Source of the DNA: Phycisphaerae bacterium
GTDB lineage: Bacteria > Planctomycetota > Phycisphaerae > UBA1845 > Fen-1342
Direction of reading: 5' to 3'
DNA: 64,000 nucleotides
NCBI GenBank assembly: GCA_963675745.2
Contig: CAXXWX010000010.1
Coordinates: 64,001-128,000 of the forward strand
The notes under the pieces were generated by a model, which saw only the letters and a list, made by a program, of their open reading frames with translations, had not been told where the DNA came from and ran no database searches. Position 1 is the stretch's first letter. The number at the start of each line of letters is the position of its first letter. Made by a program: the position numbers and the translations under genes. Of the stretch, positions 10,764-21,306 are shown one piece after another.

Positions 10764-11219
10764 ATGGGACGCTGGACGTATTATTCGCCGATTCTGATCG
10801 GGATCATCTTTGCGCTGCTGGCGCGCGAGCTGCTCGATCGCGCTGTGCCGCGTGAGCCGGCCTGGTATTACTGGCTGATCGTGTCAGGGGCCGCGCTGTT
10901 GTTTGGCTTGCAGTGCCAGATTCTGATGATTGGCGCACAGGGGGTGTCGGCGCAGGTGCTGCCGGTGCCGGGTGGGCGTTCGATTCGCGGTCGGGCGGCG
11001 GTCGGCACGGGATGGCTGCTGCTGGCCTGGTTCGCGTTTGTGCTGGTCGGTACGGTGTTGACGTGGGAAGGGGCGGGGCTGGTGGCCACGATCGCACTGT
11101 GCTTGTCGCTGCTGGCTCTGCTATCCGCCGTCATCACGTACATCTGGTGCTGGCCGACGGCGCTGCGTGATTTCGACACGAGCGATCGGTTTCTGTCCGC
11201 CGGTGAGCGCCCGGAGTGA
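10764..11219 (+). CDS. Hypothetical membrane protein (~4 TM)
   Basis: Four hydrophobic segments from MGRWTYY onward. Confidence 0.7.
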   Translation: MGRWTYYSPILIGIIFALLARELLDRAVPREPAWYYWLIVSGAALLFGLQCQILMIGAQGVSAQVLPVPGGRSIRGRAAVGTGWLLLAWFAFVLVGTVLTWEGAGLVATIALCLSLLALLSAVITYIWCWPTALRDFDTSDRFLSAGERPE

Positions 11220-11308
11220 TCTTGACACGGGGGGAGTTCGCCATGATCATCAGCGCAACAGGAGGCGGGGTACGCTGAAAGCGTTCATTGTCAGGAGAAA
11301 GTGCAGAT

Positions 11309-14300
11309 ATGAATCCGGCCACACCCTCCCGCGTCGCGCGCCACGCAACCGCTCTGCTTACCGCTTGCTGGCTCGCGCTCAACGCGGCCGCCGCTGATTT
11401 GTCATTCCCCTTCGTTGACGAGCTGGATGCGTCCGCGGCAGCCCGCTGGCACGCATTCGCGGGCGAGTGGACATTCGACGACGGCGGTGCCCACCAGTCG
11501 TCGGCCAGTTACGACTGCGGCGCCGCCATCGCGGTCACACCCGACGGGCCCTTTGTTGTCGCCGTTAACTTCACCCCTGAATCAGGTTTCAACGGCGGCG
11601 GCCTGTTCTTTGCTCTGCCGCAACTGGACCGGAAGAACGGCGGCATGATGGTGCGCTGTGATCCGGGCGGACGCGTCTTGTACGGGTGGTTTGATGGGGC
11701 CGGCACGTTTGAGTATCACGGCGACCTGACCGTCGCCGACACGGCGGAAGCGCAAGAGCTCGCCGTGGCCGTCGATCCGGCCAACCTGGCCTTCAACGTA
11801 TTCCACAACGGCAAAAAGGTCGGCACAAATATCAAGACCGACCATGCGCTGGGGTATGTCGGCATCCAGACCAGCGGCGGCCCGCACACGTTCACCCGCT
11901 TTGAAGTGCGCGCCGCTACCGAGAAGGAGCTGGCCGGCATCGAGCCGCCGGGTGAATACGGCCGCATCGTCGACATCATCGGCGATGAGCATGGAATCCT
12001 GGCGCTGCGGCGTTTGCCGGCGTTCCTGATGCGGTTTGATGAGCAGGGCGAGCCACGCGCCAGCGTGGTTGTGGGCGACCTGCCCGGTGTGGTCGGCGAC
12101 GCGCTGGAGCCGATCGCGCTCTCATGGGATCGGCCAGACGCCGAGGGGCGCGGAGCGGGTGTGTACGTGCTGGCAGGTGGCGGTCAGCGTGTCTACCAGC
12201 TCAGCCGCGAGCTCAGGGTTGTCGGCAACGGTCCGCTGATCGATGTCGAACAGATGCGGGGGCGTGGTATCGCCGCCGATAGCGAGGGGCGCATCTTCAT
12301 TGCTGATGACGCCATTCCGGGGATTCGCGTGTTCGCTGCGGACGGCCGGGAGCTGCTCAAGTATGGCGAAAAAGGGGGCGGTCTCTCGTACGATCGGCCG
12401 AACCCGGAGACAGCCGGTCGTTTCCAGCAGCCCCGCGGCATCGCCGTCTCCCCTGACGGGCTGATCGTGGTTGCTGATCGCGAAAACCTCACGTATGTCT
12501 GTTACCGCTACGATGCATCGGCCAACAAGCTGAATTGGGTGACCAACGGCCCGTGGCTCCCGCATCCCGAGGGCATTCGCTTCGATCGCAAGGGCCGCAT
12601 CCTGCTGGCCGGCCAGTACGAATACTATCGCTCGAATGGGGCTCTGCGCATTCTGACAATCGACGGCATGTCGCAAAACGTATTCATCGGGCACGCGCTG
12701 CGCGACATGTCCGAGCGTGTGCGCGCCTGCGAAGGTGCGGGCGGCAAGCTGTTCATCGCCGACGCGGACAAGGGGCGTGTGGTTGTCCTGCCGCCGGATT
12801 TCGTCGAGAAGATGCCAGAGTTTGAGTGGCTGCCGGATGGGGGCGTTAAGCTGACGATGACCAAGGTTGATGGAAGTCGCGTGTCAACACTTAACCAGAC
12901 TCGACTGCCGGACGATGAAGGTCGCATCGTGGTGCGCCAGCGCGAACCGGTCTGCGAGACCTGGCCGCCGGCCAAGCCCAACGAGCTGGTGTCGTACTTC
13001 GTTCCACCAGCGCCGCCCGCCGGGCAGAAGTACATCATCGACATGCCGGTGCTGGTGGCGGTGTTTACGAAGATGACGAACGGCAAGGGCGAGACAGTTG
13101 AGATCGAGGCCGGCGGCGTGGCCGAGCGCTTGAGTCGCGAATTGGCCCGTGATCGCCGGTTCTATTTCCAGAGCAGCCACGGCATTCTCAACAAGCAATT
13201 CGAGATCATGGTGATTGACGAAATCGTGCCTGAGAACGTCGGCGCCTGGATCACACCCACGGACGGCCGTCGTCTTGTCAACGATGTTCGGCGCAAGCGC
13301 GGGCTGGAGCCGATCGACGCCGACCACAGCCTGGTCTGCGTTCATCCGCTGGCCGGTTTCGACAGCGCGTATACCGACGACGTTGGCTACGTCGGCGGCG
13401 GTGGGCTCACGATGTACGCCTACAGCGGCTACGCGACCTGGAACCACGGTCAGGGCTGGCTGATGGGGCATGAGTGGGGGCACCAGCTCGATTCGTATTT
13501 CGATCGCTCGGGCATGACGGACTGGTGGCTGAATCATCCAGACGGCACGGTTCATGTGGGGCGTTACGGCGAGCACTGGGACTGTAACGCGTTTTTGTGT
13601 CGCCGCGTCGATCGGATGAACTGGCTGCGGCTGCGCAGTGGAAAGCTGCGTCTCGTGGCGGACGCCGACGAAGACGGTCTGGCCGATGATGATCCCGCGT
13701 TGCCGCTCGATGAAGCGCGTTTCGGCTCATCACCGACGTCGTACGATACTGACGATGACGGTCTCTCGGATTTGGATGAAGCGCTCGCCGGGACCTTCAC
13801 GCGCAGTGATCCGACCAACCCTGATAGTGATGGGGATGGCGTCACCGACGGCACGGACACTCACCCGCAATTCGCCGTCGCCGATTCGATCCCGCAGGTC
13901 TCCGCCGCCGCCGCCGGCATGCGCCCGTCACTGAAGCGGATCGGCACGCTGCACGGTGCGTGGTGCGATACGGAGGTGCGTGCGGGTTACGACGCAGACG
14001 CGCTGCATTTTGAGCTGCGGCCGCGCAAGGCGGTGCGCACAATCTACCTGCCGATCGACTTCGACAACAACGGGTGGTTCATCGGGCGTGATCAGGTCTA
14101 CCCGCATGTCGACCTGGCCTGGCCCGCTGACGGCCCGCCGACCATCGGGCGCCAGGCCGGCTGCGAGGCGACCTTGACAGTTGGTGATGATGGAACGGTC
14201 GTGGTCGCCGTCACAGTGCCCAGGCCCGCCACCCGCGCGCCACTGCGGAGCGGTTCAAGTGTCGGCGTGATCATCCGCGCGCAGAATGATGGCGGGCGCG

Positions 14301-14350
14301 TTCAGTTCCTGATCGACCCCTGGCAAGTCCTGGGACTCGAACTCAAGTGA
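11309..14350 (+). CDS. Large secreted multidomain protein: lectin/DUF1080-like, NHL beta-propeller, zincin HExxH, Ca-binding DxDxDG repeats
   Basis: Signal peptide; PRGIAV..DG.IVVAD repeats; GHEWGHQLD; DADEDGLAD, DTDDDGLSD, DSDGDGVTD. Confidence 0.75.
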   Translation: MNPATPSRVARHATALLTACWLALNAAAADLSFPFVDELDASAAARWHAFAGEWTFDDGGAHQSSASYDCGAAIAVTPDGPFVVAVNFTPESGFNGGGLFFALPQLDRKNGGMMVRCDPGGRVLYGWFDGAGTFEYHGDLTVADTAEAQELAVAVDPANLAFNVFHNGKKVGTNIKTDHALGYVGIQTSGGPHTFTRFEVRAATEKELAGIEPPGEYGRIVDIIGDEHGILALRRLPAFLMRFDEQGEPRASVVVGDLPGVVGDALEPIALSWDRPDAEGRGAGVYVLAGGGQRVYQLSRELRVVGNGPLIDVEQMRGRGIAADSEGRIFIADDAIPGIRVFAADGRELLKYGEKGGGLSYDRPNPETAGRFQQPRGIAVSPDGLIVVADRENLTYVCYRYDASANKLNWVTNGPWLPHPEGIRFDRKGRILLAGQYEYYRSNGALRILTIDGMSQNVFIGHALRDMSERVRACEGAGGKLFIADADKGRVVVLPPDFVEKMPEFEWLPDGGVKLTMTKVDGSRVSTLNQTRLPDDEGRIVVRQREPVCETWPPAKPNELVSYFVPPAPPAGQKYIIDMPVLVAVFTKMTNGKGETVEIEAGGVAERLSRELARDRRFYFQSSHGILNKQFEIMVIDEIVPENVGAWITPTDGRRLVNDVRRKRGLEPIDADHSLVCVHPLAGFDSAYTDDVGYVGGGGLTMYAYSGYATWNHGQGWLMGHEWGHQLDSYFDRSGMTDWWLNHPDGTVHVGRYGEHWDCNAFLCRRVDRMNWLRLRSGKLRLVADADEDGLADDDPALPLDEARFGSSPTSYDTDDDGLSDLDEALAGTFTRSDPTNPDSDGDGVTDGTDTHPQFAVADSIPQVSAAAAGMRPSLKRIGTLHGAWCDTEVRAGYDADALHFELRPRKAVRTIYLPIDFDNNGWFIGRDQVYPHVDLAWPADGPPTIGRQAGCEATLTVGDDGTVVVAVTVPRPATRAPLRSGSSVGVIIRAQNDGGRVQFLIDPWQVLGLELK

Positions 14351-14391
14351 TCCGGGCCGCGCTGCCTCGCGTGTCTTTGGGTAACAGTCTG

Positions 14392-14457
14392 GTGTGCCAC
14401 TGCTCTTGAGCAGTGCGGTTTCAATGCGAACTTCACGGTGCGCACGGCCGTGGCACA
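14392..14457. repeat. REP-like palindromic repeat, GTGTGCCAC family
   Basis: gtgtgccactgctcttgagcagtg plus an inverted partial copy; same family at 24620-24689 and 35286-35309. Confidence 0.7.
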
Positions 14458-14480
14458 GTGCCAACTGGCAGATCCCGTTT

Positions 14481-15167
14481 TCAGTCGCTTGAGCCGCGCG
14501 ATGCGGCCACGATTCTGCGCAGCGCGGCGGCGTCATAGGCCAAGCTGACACCTTCAGCGGCTGCGAGATACTCGCAGATGCGGTCTTCGGTGTGGTGGCT
14601 GTACGTTTGGATCAGGCCTCTGACAATCGTTGCTAAATACTCCGGGCTCGGGGCTTGCAGCACGCGGCTCGCCATGCTCGACCTGGATGTGAACGTCAGC
14701 ATTGGCGCGTTGTCCAGGTTCCCGACTTTAATGACGCGGCTGTACGGGAGATCGGGTGCGGCGTGTTGCCTATTCTCAGCGCGCAGATATGTATGGCCTT
14801 CGGCAATCGCGCGGCGGATATCGACGTCGAGCCGTGTTTTACCGGGGTGCTCGCCATTCTCTTGGCGCAGCACATCAGCGAACTGTTGCTCCGTGATCAG
14901 ATAGGCACGCGCCAGGACAGTCCGCCCCACGCCGTTCGGGTCGATAAAGGCCACGCCGCCCCACCATTTCGACCCAATATCCGCGAAATACAGCGCGGCG
15001 TTCAGTTGAACCGGCTGGTCCGCACGAGGATCGCGCCGGTCACGACATCCGACGTGATGCCAGGTTACACCAGAGGGCGATCCGCCTCGGAGATAACCGA
15101 GAAAACGTTCACGCCGCAGGTTTGAACCATACGCCGCGTACCAGATCAGTTTTTCGTCAGTTGCCAT
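14481..15167 (-). CDS. Gamma-glutamylcyclotransferase-like protein
   Basis: N-terminal WYAAYGSNL and C-terminal PSPEYL..I..GL motifs. Confidence 0.7.
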   Translation of the reverse strand: MATDEKLIWYAAYGSNLRRERFLGYLRGGSPSGVTWHHVGCRDRRDPRADQPVQLNAALYFADIGSKWWGGVAFIDPNGVGRTVLARAYLITEQQFADVLRQENGEHPGKTRLDVDIRRAIAEGHTYLRAENRQHAAPDLPYSRVIKVGNLDNAPMLTFTSRSSMASRVLQAPSPEYLATIVRGLIQTYSHHTEDRICEYLAAAEGVSLAYDAAALRRIVAASRGSSD

Positions 15168-15341
15168 GGACCCGCCAAAACGTATGTTCACGCGTAACTG
15201 TCGCAACCAGCGGCGGTCATTGTCACGGATTGCGCCGGCCCCGCAAGCGTGTCAGGCGCCCAGCGGTAACGCCGGCTGCTCAGCAACGTGTCGCGGTGCC
15301 CTGTCGCCGCTGACACGTTCGGCGTAGCATGACGTGCGATC

Positions 15342-16535
15342 ATGATGGTGAGGCTACCCGACTATCGCGCGATCTGGCGCCGGCTGGGCCGGCGCCTGCG
15401 GCGGGTCGCGACCATGCTGGCGCTGGCGTGCGTAGCAATCGCGGGCATCGCCGGCGGATTCGCTCTGCGAAGCTGCATGGCGCCCGATGAGCGTACGCAA
15501 GCCACGACAGCGCGGCGGTCATTGCGGGATCCTCTGCACACCCCCGCTGGTGAATACACCTGGACTGAGCTGCCGACGGCCGAGTTTCCGATTCCGCCAT
15601 ATGCGCGCTACCTGGCCGGCGTTCGGATTGTGGTCGATCCCGGTCATGGCGGTCGCGCGTACAAGCAAGGTTGGAAGGTGGGGCCGACGGGGCTGCGCGA
15701 AGCACAGGTAAACCTCCGCGTGGCACTGATGTTGAAGGAGTTCCTGGCCGCCGTCCACGCCGACGTGATTCTCACGCGTGAGCGGGACGAATTCCTCGCC
15801 AAGAGTGAGTCCGACGATCTGGCGCGACGCGCCGCGCTGGCCAATCAGCGCCGCGCGGACTTGTTTCTATCAATTCATCACAACGCGGCAGGCCGGCCCG
15901 AAGCCAACCGCACGGAGGTTTATTATCACGGTACTCCCGATCACAGCCCGGCGAGCCTTGATGCGGCTCGCTACTTGGTCAGCGGACTGAATCAGGCGCT
16001 GCGACTCGAACAGCACCTGCCGTGCCCGTTGTTGAGCGACACCAACCGTGTCGCGAGCGGTGGATTCGCCGTGCTCAGGCTCAGCGACGTGCCCGCGGTG
16101 CTCGTCGAGTCGTCCTTTTTCACGAATCCGCTTGAAGAGCAGAAACTGCGCGATGGCGCTTACAACCGGCGCGAGGCGTATGGGTTGTTTGTCGGGTTGG
16201 CGCGCTGGGCCCACGCCGGACTGCCGCGGGTAAGCCTGTTGGAGCCGGCCGACGCACGAGCCGGGCGCGGCGACGTGTTGGTGGTTGAACTTGCCGACGG
16301 TCTCAGCGATCGGGCGCTGGATCAGGGACATGCGAAGATCCGCTTCGACTCGATTCTCGTTAAGCTCGACGGCGCTGCGCTGGCCGGCGAAGTTGATCAG
16401 TTGCGCCGACGTTTATATGTGCCGGTCCCGGGCGACGCGCGGGTCGGCGCGCACGAGTTGTACGTGAATTTCGCGACCATCACGGGGCAACACGTGCTGC
16501 ATCCGCGCCTGGGTTTCGAAGTAGTCGGGCGCTGA
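15342..16535 (+). CDS. N-acetylmuramoyl-L-alanine amidase (Amidase_3)
   Basis: VVDPGHGG, EAQVNL, LFLSIHHNA, PAVLVE. Confidence 0.92.
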   Translation: MMVRLPDYRAIWRRLGRRLRRVATMLALACVAIAGIAGGFALRSCMAPDERTQATTARRSLRDPLHTPAGEYTWTELPTAEFPIPPYARYLAGVRIVVDPGHGGRAYKQGWKVGPTGLREAQVNLRVALMLKEFLAAVHADVILTRERDEFLAKSESDDLARRAALANQRRADLFLSIHHNAAGRPEANRTEVYYHGTPDHSPASLDAARYLVSGLNQALRLEQHLPCPLLSDTNRVASGGFAVLRLSDVPAVLVESSFFTNPLEEQKLRDGAYNRREAYGLFVGLARWAHAGLPRVSLLEPADARAGRGDVLVVELADGLSDRALDQGHAKIRFDSILVKLDGAALAGEVDQLRRRLYVPVPGDARVGAHELYVNFATITGQHVLHPRLGFEVVGR

Positions 16536-16590
16536 TAGCGTTTGGGCCGGAGCGGCTTCGCGATCTCCCGCATGGCTTGATGGGCGGCGC

Positions 16591-16632
16591 AAAAAGAACG
16601 GCAGCCCGGCGATGGCGAAGTGCCGGGCTGCC
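16591..16632 (-). terminator. Rho-independent terminator
   Basis: 11-bp stem ggcagcccggc/gccgggctgcc followed on the minus strand by gttcttttt. Confidence 0.85.
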
Positions 16633-16696
16633 CGATTGACGAATCAGCAAGCGAGCTTGTCCGCGTCCGCGGACCGTTCTACTTACCGTAGCGCTG

Positions 16697-17145
16697 CTAC
16701 TTCCAGGTGTAATTCTTGAAGGGGCCCTTGTTGATGTTGGTGGTCGTCGCCACCAACCAGGTGCTGCCGCGGCCATGCGCGACCGCCTTGATGGATCGGC
16801 CAAACTTCTGGCGAAGCCAGCGCGTCGCATTGGTCGGCGTGAAGTTGGGATCCCACTGGCCCCCAAACGCCTTCGTGAACTGGGTGCCGGTGAATTTGTA
16901 GACCTTGGCGCCGTTGTTGACGTAGTTGGTCCACTGCATCGCCATCCGCGGCGAGAAGGTGGTGACCATACCGGGGCCGGTGACCTGCGAGTAGATGTTG
17001 CGGTACGAACCGATCTTCCACTTGATGTCCTGGCGTAGTCCGTGTACTTGTTCGCAGTCCAGGTGTTCCTGTTCTTGGTGGTCCACGAACGGTTGGTGTT
17101 GGTGGTCCGCCGCGTCGTTGTCGTGTAACGTCGTGCTGTAGGCAT
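16697..17145 (-). CDS. Small, very basic Thr/Asn/Trp-rich hypothetical protein (~149 aa, one frameshift near 17040)
   Basis: AGGGAGA RBS before ATG 17145 (MPTARRYTTTTRR...ANKYT). A one-base shift joins it to LRQDIKWKIGSY...KNYTWK*. Both halves share strong codon bias. Confidence 0.75.
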
Positions 17146-17449
17146 AAGTCTCTCCCTAAGCCTGCTGTTCGTCGGGACGTTTAAACAAAATCCGCTTGAG
17201 GTTTTGGTATCGGTCACAACGGCAACTTAGTTGAGAGTTTGGTGATGATAAGTTGTCCGAAAACGAGTTGCCGGCGGCGATTAGTGGCGGTCTTGGAGCG
17301 ATTACGACCGCCCCCTCGGCGCCCGAAACCGCTCCCGCAGCCGCGACGACGCGCGGGCTATACGATTCCAGTGCCTTTCTAGTGGCCCAAAACCGCCCAG
17401 CGGTGGACAATTGTCTTAGGAGCGTATCACACGCACAGGAGTAAGCGCC

Positions 17450-19054
17450 ATGAGCTGTTGGTCTACAACTCGAAGTCGGGCGCGAAACAGGTCGCCGTGG
17501 GCGCAGACGCGTCACGTTGTCCTGGCGGCCGCCATGCTGCTGATCGCGGCTGCACCGCTGGCCGGGCAGGACGCGCGCCCCAGCACCAGCGCGGCGGTGA
17601 TCCCCATCCGCGGCGCCATTGATGACATCATGTACGGCAGCATCGAGCGCCGCATCGATGAAGCGCGCGATATGGGCGCCAACCTCCTGATCTTTGAAAT
17701 GGACACACCCGGCGGCGGCGTCATCAGCGCCATCGACATCTGCCGGCTGATAATGCGCCAGGCTGACGGAAATATGCGCACCGTCGCCTGGATAAATCCC
17801 GAGGCCTACAGCGCCGGAGCGATGATCTCCGTGGCGTGCAACGAGATCTGGATGAGCACCGGATCGACCATCGGCGACTGTGCGCCGATCATGATCGGTG
17901 CCGCGGACTTGGGCGAGGCGGAGCGCGCCAAGGCCGAGAGTCCGGTCCTGCAGATTTTCCGCGAAGCCGCCACGCGTAACGGCTACGACCAATTGCTCTG
18001 CCGCGCGATGGTCCAGGCCAACATCGAAGTCTGGTGGATCGAGCGCGTCGATACTCCCGAAGGTGCCGAGCCCGAGCGCCGCTTTGTGCGTGGCGATGAA
18101 AAGGCGCGCCTGATCGACGATGTTGAAGAGCAAGACCTGCGCGAATGGCGGTTGGTGGAAGCTGATGGACTGCTCCAGCCCATCGACGACGAAAGCACCT
18201 TGCTGACAATGTCCGCGCTGGAGGCGGTCGAGTTTGGTCTGGCCCGTGGGCAGGCCACCAGTCTCGCCGATCTCGCCGATAAGCTCGAATTGTCGATGAT
18301 CCCCACCGTCCAGGAGATTACCGTCTGGGAACAGTTCGTCATGTGGCTCAACAGCCCGTTGGTGCGCGGCGTGCTGTTCCTGATCATGCTGGTGGGCGGC
18401 TATCTGGAGTTTCAGTCTCCCGGGCTGATCCTGCCCGGCAGTGTCGCGCTGGTCGCGGCCGCGATTTTCTTTGGCGCGCCGTACGCCGCCGGATTGGCGG
18501 ACATCTGGACGATCGTGTTGCTGGCGGTTGGCGTGGTGCTGCTGATTGTCGAGATTTACTTCATTCCGGGGTTTGGCATTTTCGGCATCCTGGGACTCTG
18601 CCTGATTTTTGTATCGCTGATCGGGAGTTTTGTGCCCGCCGAGCCGATCGCCCCCGACGGGCCCTGGTGGCGGCCGGTATGGCCGGCGCAGCCCGGCACC
18701 TGGCAGGCGATCCGGACGGGCATCACAGTGTTGAGCCTGAGCGTGATCGCGTCATTCATCGGGCTGATCTTCCTGGCGAAGTATCTGCCTCAGTTGCCGA
18801 TAGCGCGGCGACTGACGCTGGGCAATCCGGAAGGGGTTACGCTGCCGAAGCTCGGCGCGGATGCGACCGTAGCGCTGGTTGGCGACGTGGGCATCGTGGT
18901 GGGTGATCTGAAGCCCGGTGGACAGGCGCGCTTCGGCAACGATGTGGTGGACGTTACCACTCAGGGGCAGTATGTTGACGGCGGAACCAAGGTTCAGGTC
19001 ATTCGTCGTGAAGGCATGAACGTTTTCGTTCGCCCGCTGGTGGACGAAGCATGA
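17450..19054 (+). CDS. nfeD: Full-length NfeD (ClpP-like protease, TM region, OB fold)
   Basis: DTPGG, AYSAGA, TM block with EIYFIPGFG, C-terminal LKPGG..F...VDV. Confidence 0.88.
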   Translation: MSCWSTTRSRARNRSPWAQTRHVVLAAAMLLIAAAPLAGQDARPSTSAAVIPIRGAIDDIMYGSIERRIDEARDMGANLLIFEMDTPGGGVISAIDICRLIMRQADGNMRTVAWINPEAYSAGAMISVACNEIWMSTGSTIGDCAPIMIGAADLGEAERAKAESPVLQIFREAATRNGYDQLLCRAMVQANIEVWWIERVDTPEGAEPERRFVRGDEKARLIDDVEEQDLREWRLVEADGLLQPIDDESTLLTMSALEAVEFGLARGQATSLADLADKLELSMIPTVQEITVWEQFVMWLNSPLVRGVLFLIMLVGGYLEFQSPGLILPGSVALVAAAIFFGAPYAAGLADIWTIVLLAVGVVLLIVEIYFIPGFGIFGILGLCLIFVSLIGSFVPAEPIAPDGPWWRPVWPAQPGTWQAIRTGITVLSLSVIASFIGLIFLAKYLPQLPIARRLTLGNPEGVTLPKLGADATVALVGDVGIVVGDLKPGGQARFGNDVVDVTTQGQYVDGGTKVQVIRREGMNVFVRPLVDEA

Positions 19055-19082
19055 GAGACTCTGAATACAAGGGGACCTAAAC

Positions 19083-20093
19083 GTGCCATCTGGAAATCTC
19101 TTGTTGGTGGCCCTGGGCGTTATCGCGGTCATCGCCGTCATACTGGGGTTCATCTTCCTCGTGAACTTCGGCCGGCTCTACATCATGGCCCTCGCCGCGC
19201 GGGCGCGCGTCGGCATGGGAGAGCTGATCGGTATGTGGCTGCGGGGTGTCAGCTCGAACGTGATTGTGCGGGCCAAGATCCAGGCGTGGAAGGCTGGCCT
19301 GACCGAGATCAGCACTGACGATCTCGAAGCGCATTACCTGGCGGGCGGCCGGGTCATCAACGTAGTCAATGCGCTGATCTCGGCGGAACGGGCGAAGATT
19401 GCCCTGGACTTTCCGACGAGCTGCGCAATTGACCTTGCTGGCCGCGACATCGTGGACGCCGTCAACACCAGCGTGAATCCGAAAGTGATCGAGTGCCCTA
19501 ACCCGTCACTGGGCCGGCCGACCATCGACGCTGTCGCACGCGACGGCATCCAGCTCAAGGCCCGCGCGCGCGTCACCGTACGAACGAACATCCAGGGCCT
19601 CGTCGGCGGGGCCACCGAAGACACAATTATCGCTCGCGTGGGTGAGGGCATCGTCTCCGCGATCGGCTCGGCCGACACGCACAAGGCTGTGCTGGAGAAC
19701 CCCGACCGCATTTCCAAGGCGGTACTCGGCAAGGGCCTTGATGCCGGTACGGCGTTCGAGATCCTCTCGATTGACATTGCCGATATTGACGTGGGCACGA
19801 ACATCGGTGCCCAGCTTCAAGCCGACCAGGCCGAGGCCGACAAGAAACGTTTTCAGGCCGAAGCCGAACGGCGCCGCGCGATGGCCATCGCGCAGGAGCA
19901 GGAGAACATTGCGAAAGTTGCCGAGAATCGCGCGCTTGTGGTCCTGGCCGAGGCCGAGGTGCCCAAGGCAATCTCCGATGCGTTCCGCAGCGGCCACCTC
20001 GGTGTGCTCGACTACTACCGCTTCCAGAATATCCAGGCCGACACGAGCATGCGCTCGCGTGTCGCGGGCGGCGAAGAGGAAAAGAAGGGCTAG
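19083..20093 (+). CDS. floA: Flotillin-like protein FloA (YqfA family)
   Basis: [54 protein letters not shown]. Confidence 0.95.
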   Translation: MPSGNLLLVALGVIAVIAVILGFIFLVNFGRLYIMALAARARVGMGELIGMWLRGVSSNVIVRAKIQAWKAGLTEISTDDLEAHYLAGGRVINVVNALISAERAKIALDFPTSCAIDLAGRDIVDAVNTSVNPKVIECPNPSLGRPTIDAVARDGIQLKARARVTVRTNIQGLVGGATEDTIIARVGEGIVSAIGSADTHKAVLENPDRISKAVLGKGLDAGTAFEILSIDIADIDVGTNIGAQLQADQAEADKKRFQAEAERRRAMAIAQEQENIAKVAENRALVVLAEAEVPKAISDAFRSGHLGVLDYYRFQNIQADTSMRSRVAGGEEEKKG

Positions 20094-20102
20094 CCGGCAA
20101 CA

Positions 20103-20834
20103 ATGCACGAGCTACTGGCATTTGACCTGGACGAACGCGCCATTGTGGGGATGGCTATCGCCGGCTTCTACGGGCTGGTCTATATCGCCAACGCGCTGAA
20201 GAAGCGCAAGGAAGAGCAGGAGCCGAAACGCGAGACGCGTCGTCCGCGACCGGTGCAACAACAGCCGTCAAAGTCAGGCAGCCCGCAGCGACCTGTGCGT
20301 CGTCAGGGTGCGATTCCGCCGCGACCGGCGCGCCCGACGGGGGCCCCGCGGCCGCCAAGGACGGTTCAGCCGCCCCCGCAACAGCCCCACGCGCCACCTC
20401 GACCAACGGCCCGTCCGGCTCCGCGTCCGGCTCCGCAACCGCAACCAAAACCTCAGCCCGTGGCCCGCGCTCCCGAACCACAGCCGCGCCCACATCGCCC
20501 GGTCGAGCCGATGCGCGGACATCACGGCCCCAGGGAGCTGCACGATCACATCGCCGAGCGGCACGTGAAGACGCACGTCTCCGCCGATGAAGCTGTTAAG
20601 CGCAAAGCCACCAAGCCGGCGCAACCACGATCCATGCCCGCTGAATCGCGAACTGAGGCGTCGATTACAGCGCTACTGGAGCGCAAGGTGCGGCGGCGGC
20701 GTGCGGGCAACGTTGTCGACAAGCTTAACCGCGTGCTGCACAGCCGCTCCGGGTTTGAGGGCGCGTTTCTGCTCTCCGAGATCCTCGGTCCGCCCGTCGG
20801 CTTCCGCAAAGACCACCTCGAACCGCGCATCTAG
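20103..20834 (+). CDS. Pro/Arg-rich membrane-anchored protein, third gene of the nfeD-floA operon
   Basis: N-terminal TM, Pro-rich linker, C-terminal LSEILGPP; occupies the position of yqfB. Confidence 0.65.
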   Translation: MHELLAFDLDERAIVGMAIAGFYGLVYIANALKKRKEEQEPKRETRRPRPVQQQPSKSGSPQRPVRRQGAIPPRPARPTGAPRPPRTVQPPPQQPHAPPRPTARPAPRPAPQPQPKPQPVARAPEPQPRPHRPVEPMRGHHGPRELHDHIAERHVKTHVSADEAVKRKATKPAQPRSMPAESRTEASITALLERKVRRRRAGNVVDKLNRVLHSRSGFEGAFLLSEILGPPVGFRKDHLEPRI

Positions 20835-20934
20835 AGAATGCTCCACGGAATGGTGGCGTCCGGTCACGAACCTCGTTGCCGCGTTACCTTTCCATTCCAG
20901 GGCCCGCGACACGATCGGCGGACGGTAGCGATGT

Positions 20935-21117
20935 CGTCCCGCAGGGACGCAATGAACATAGCCCAGCACGCAGTGCTGGGGCAATTGCGGCCACGCAAAG
21001 ACCCAGTCCCATCGGGACGGCTGAGCTTTCAGTCGTCCCGTGCGGGACTCGGTGGCCAGGTGCGCGATCGAACCCAGTACTGCGTACTGGGCTAAATCCA
21101 GATGCCCCTGCGGGGCG
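20935..21117. repeat. REP/REPIN-like nested palindromic element
   Basis: Inverted pair 20959-20980 / 21073-21094 plus an inner inverted pair within 21005-21049. Confidence 0.75.
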
Positions 21118-21306
21118 GACAACTCGGAAACCACAGGCGCGGATTTCTCGCCATCAGTGCCACGGCCTTTCACTCCCCTCGGCGCTCGCGGGAGCGGGAC
21201 TTTCCGCACTCCTGCCGCTAAACTCACACGATTGCCGGCCCGCGAACGGTTGATGTAGCATGCCGTGGCTGGTTGCGCTATCTGAATGCGGCGTGGAGAA
21301 TCACTG

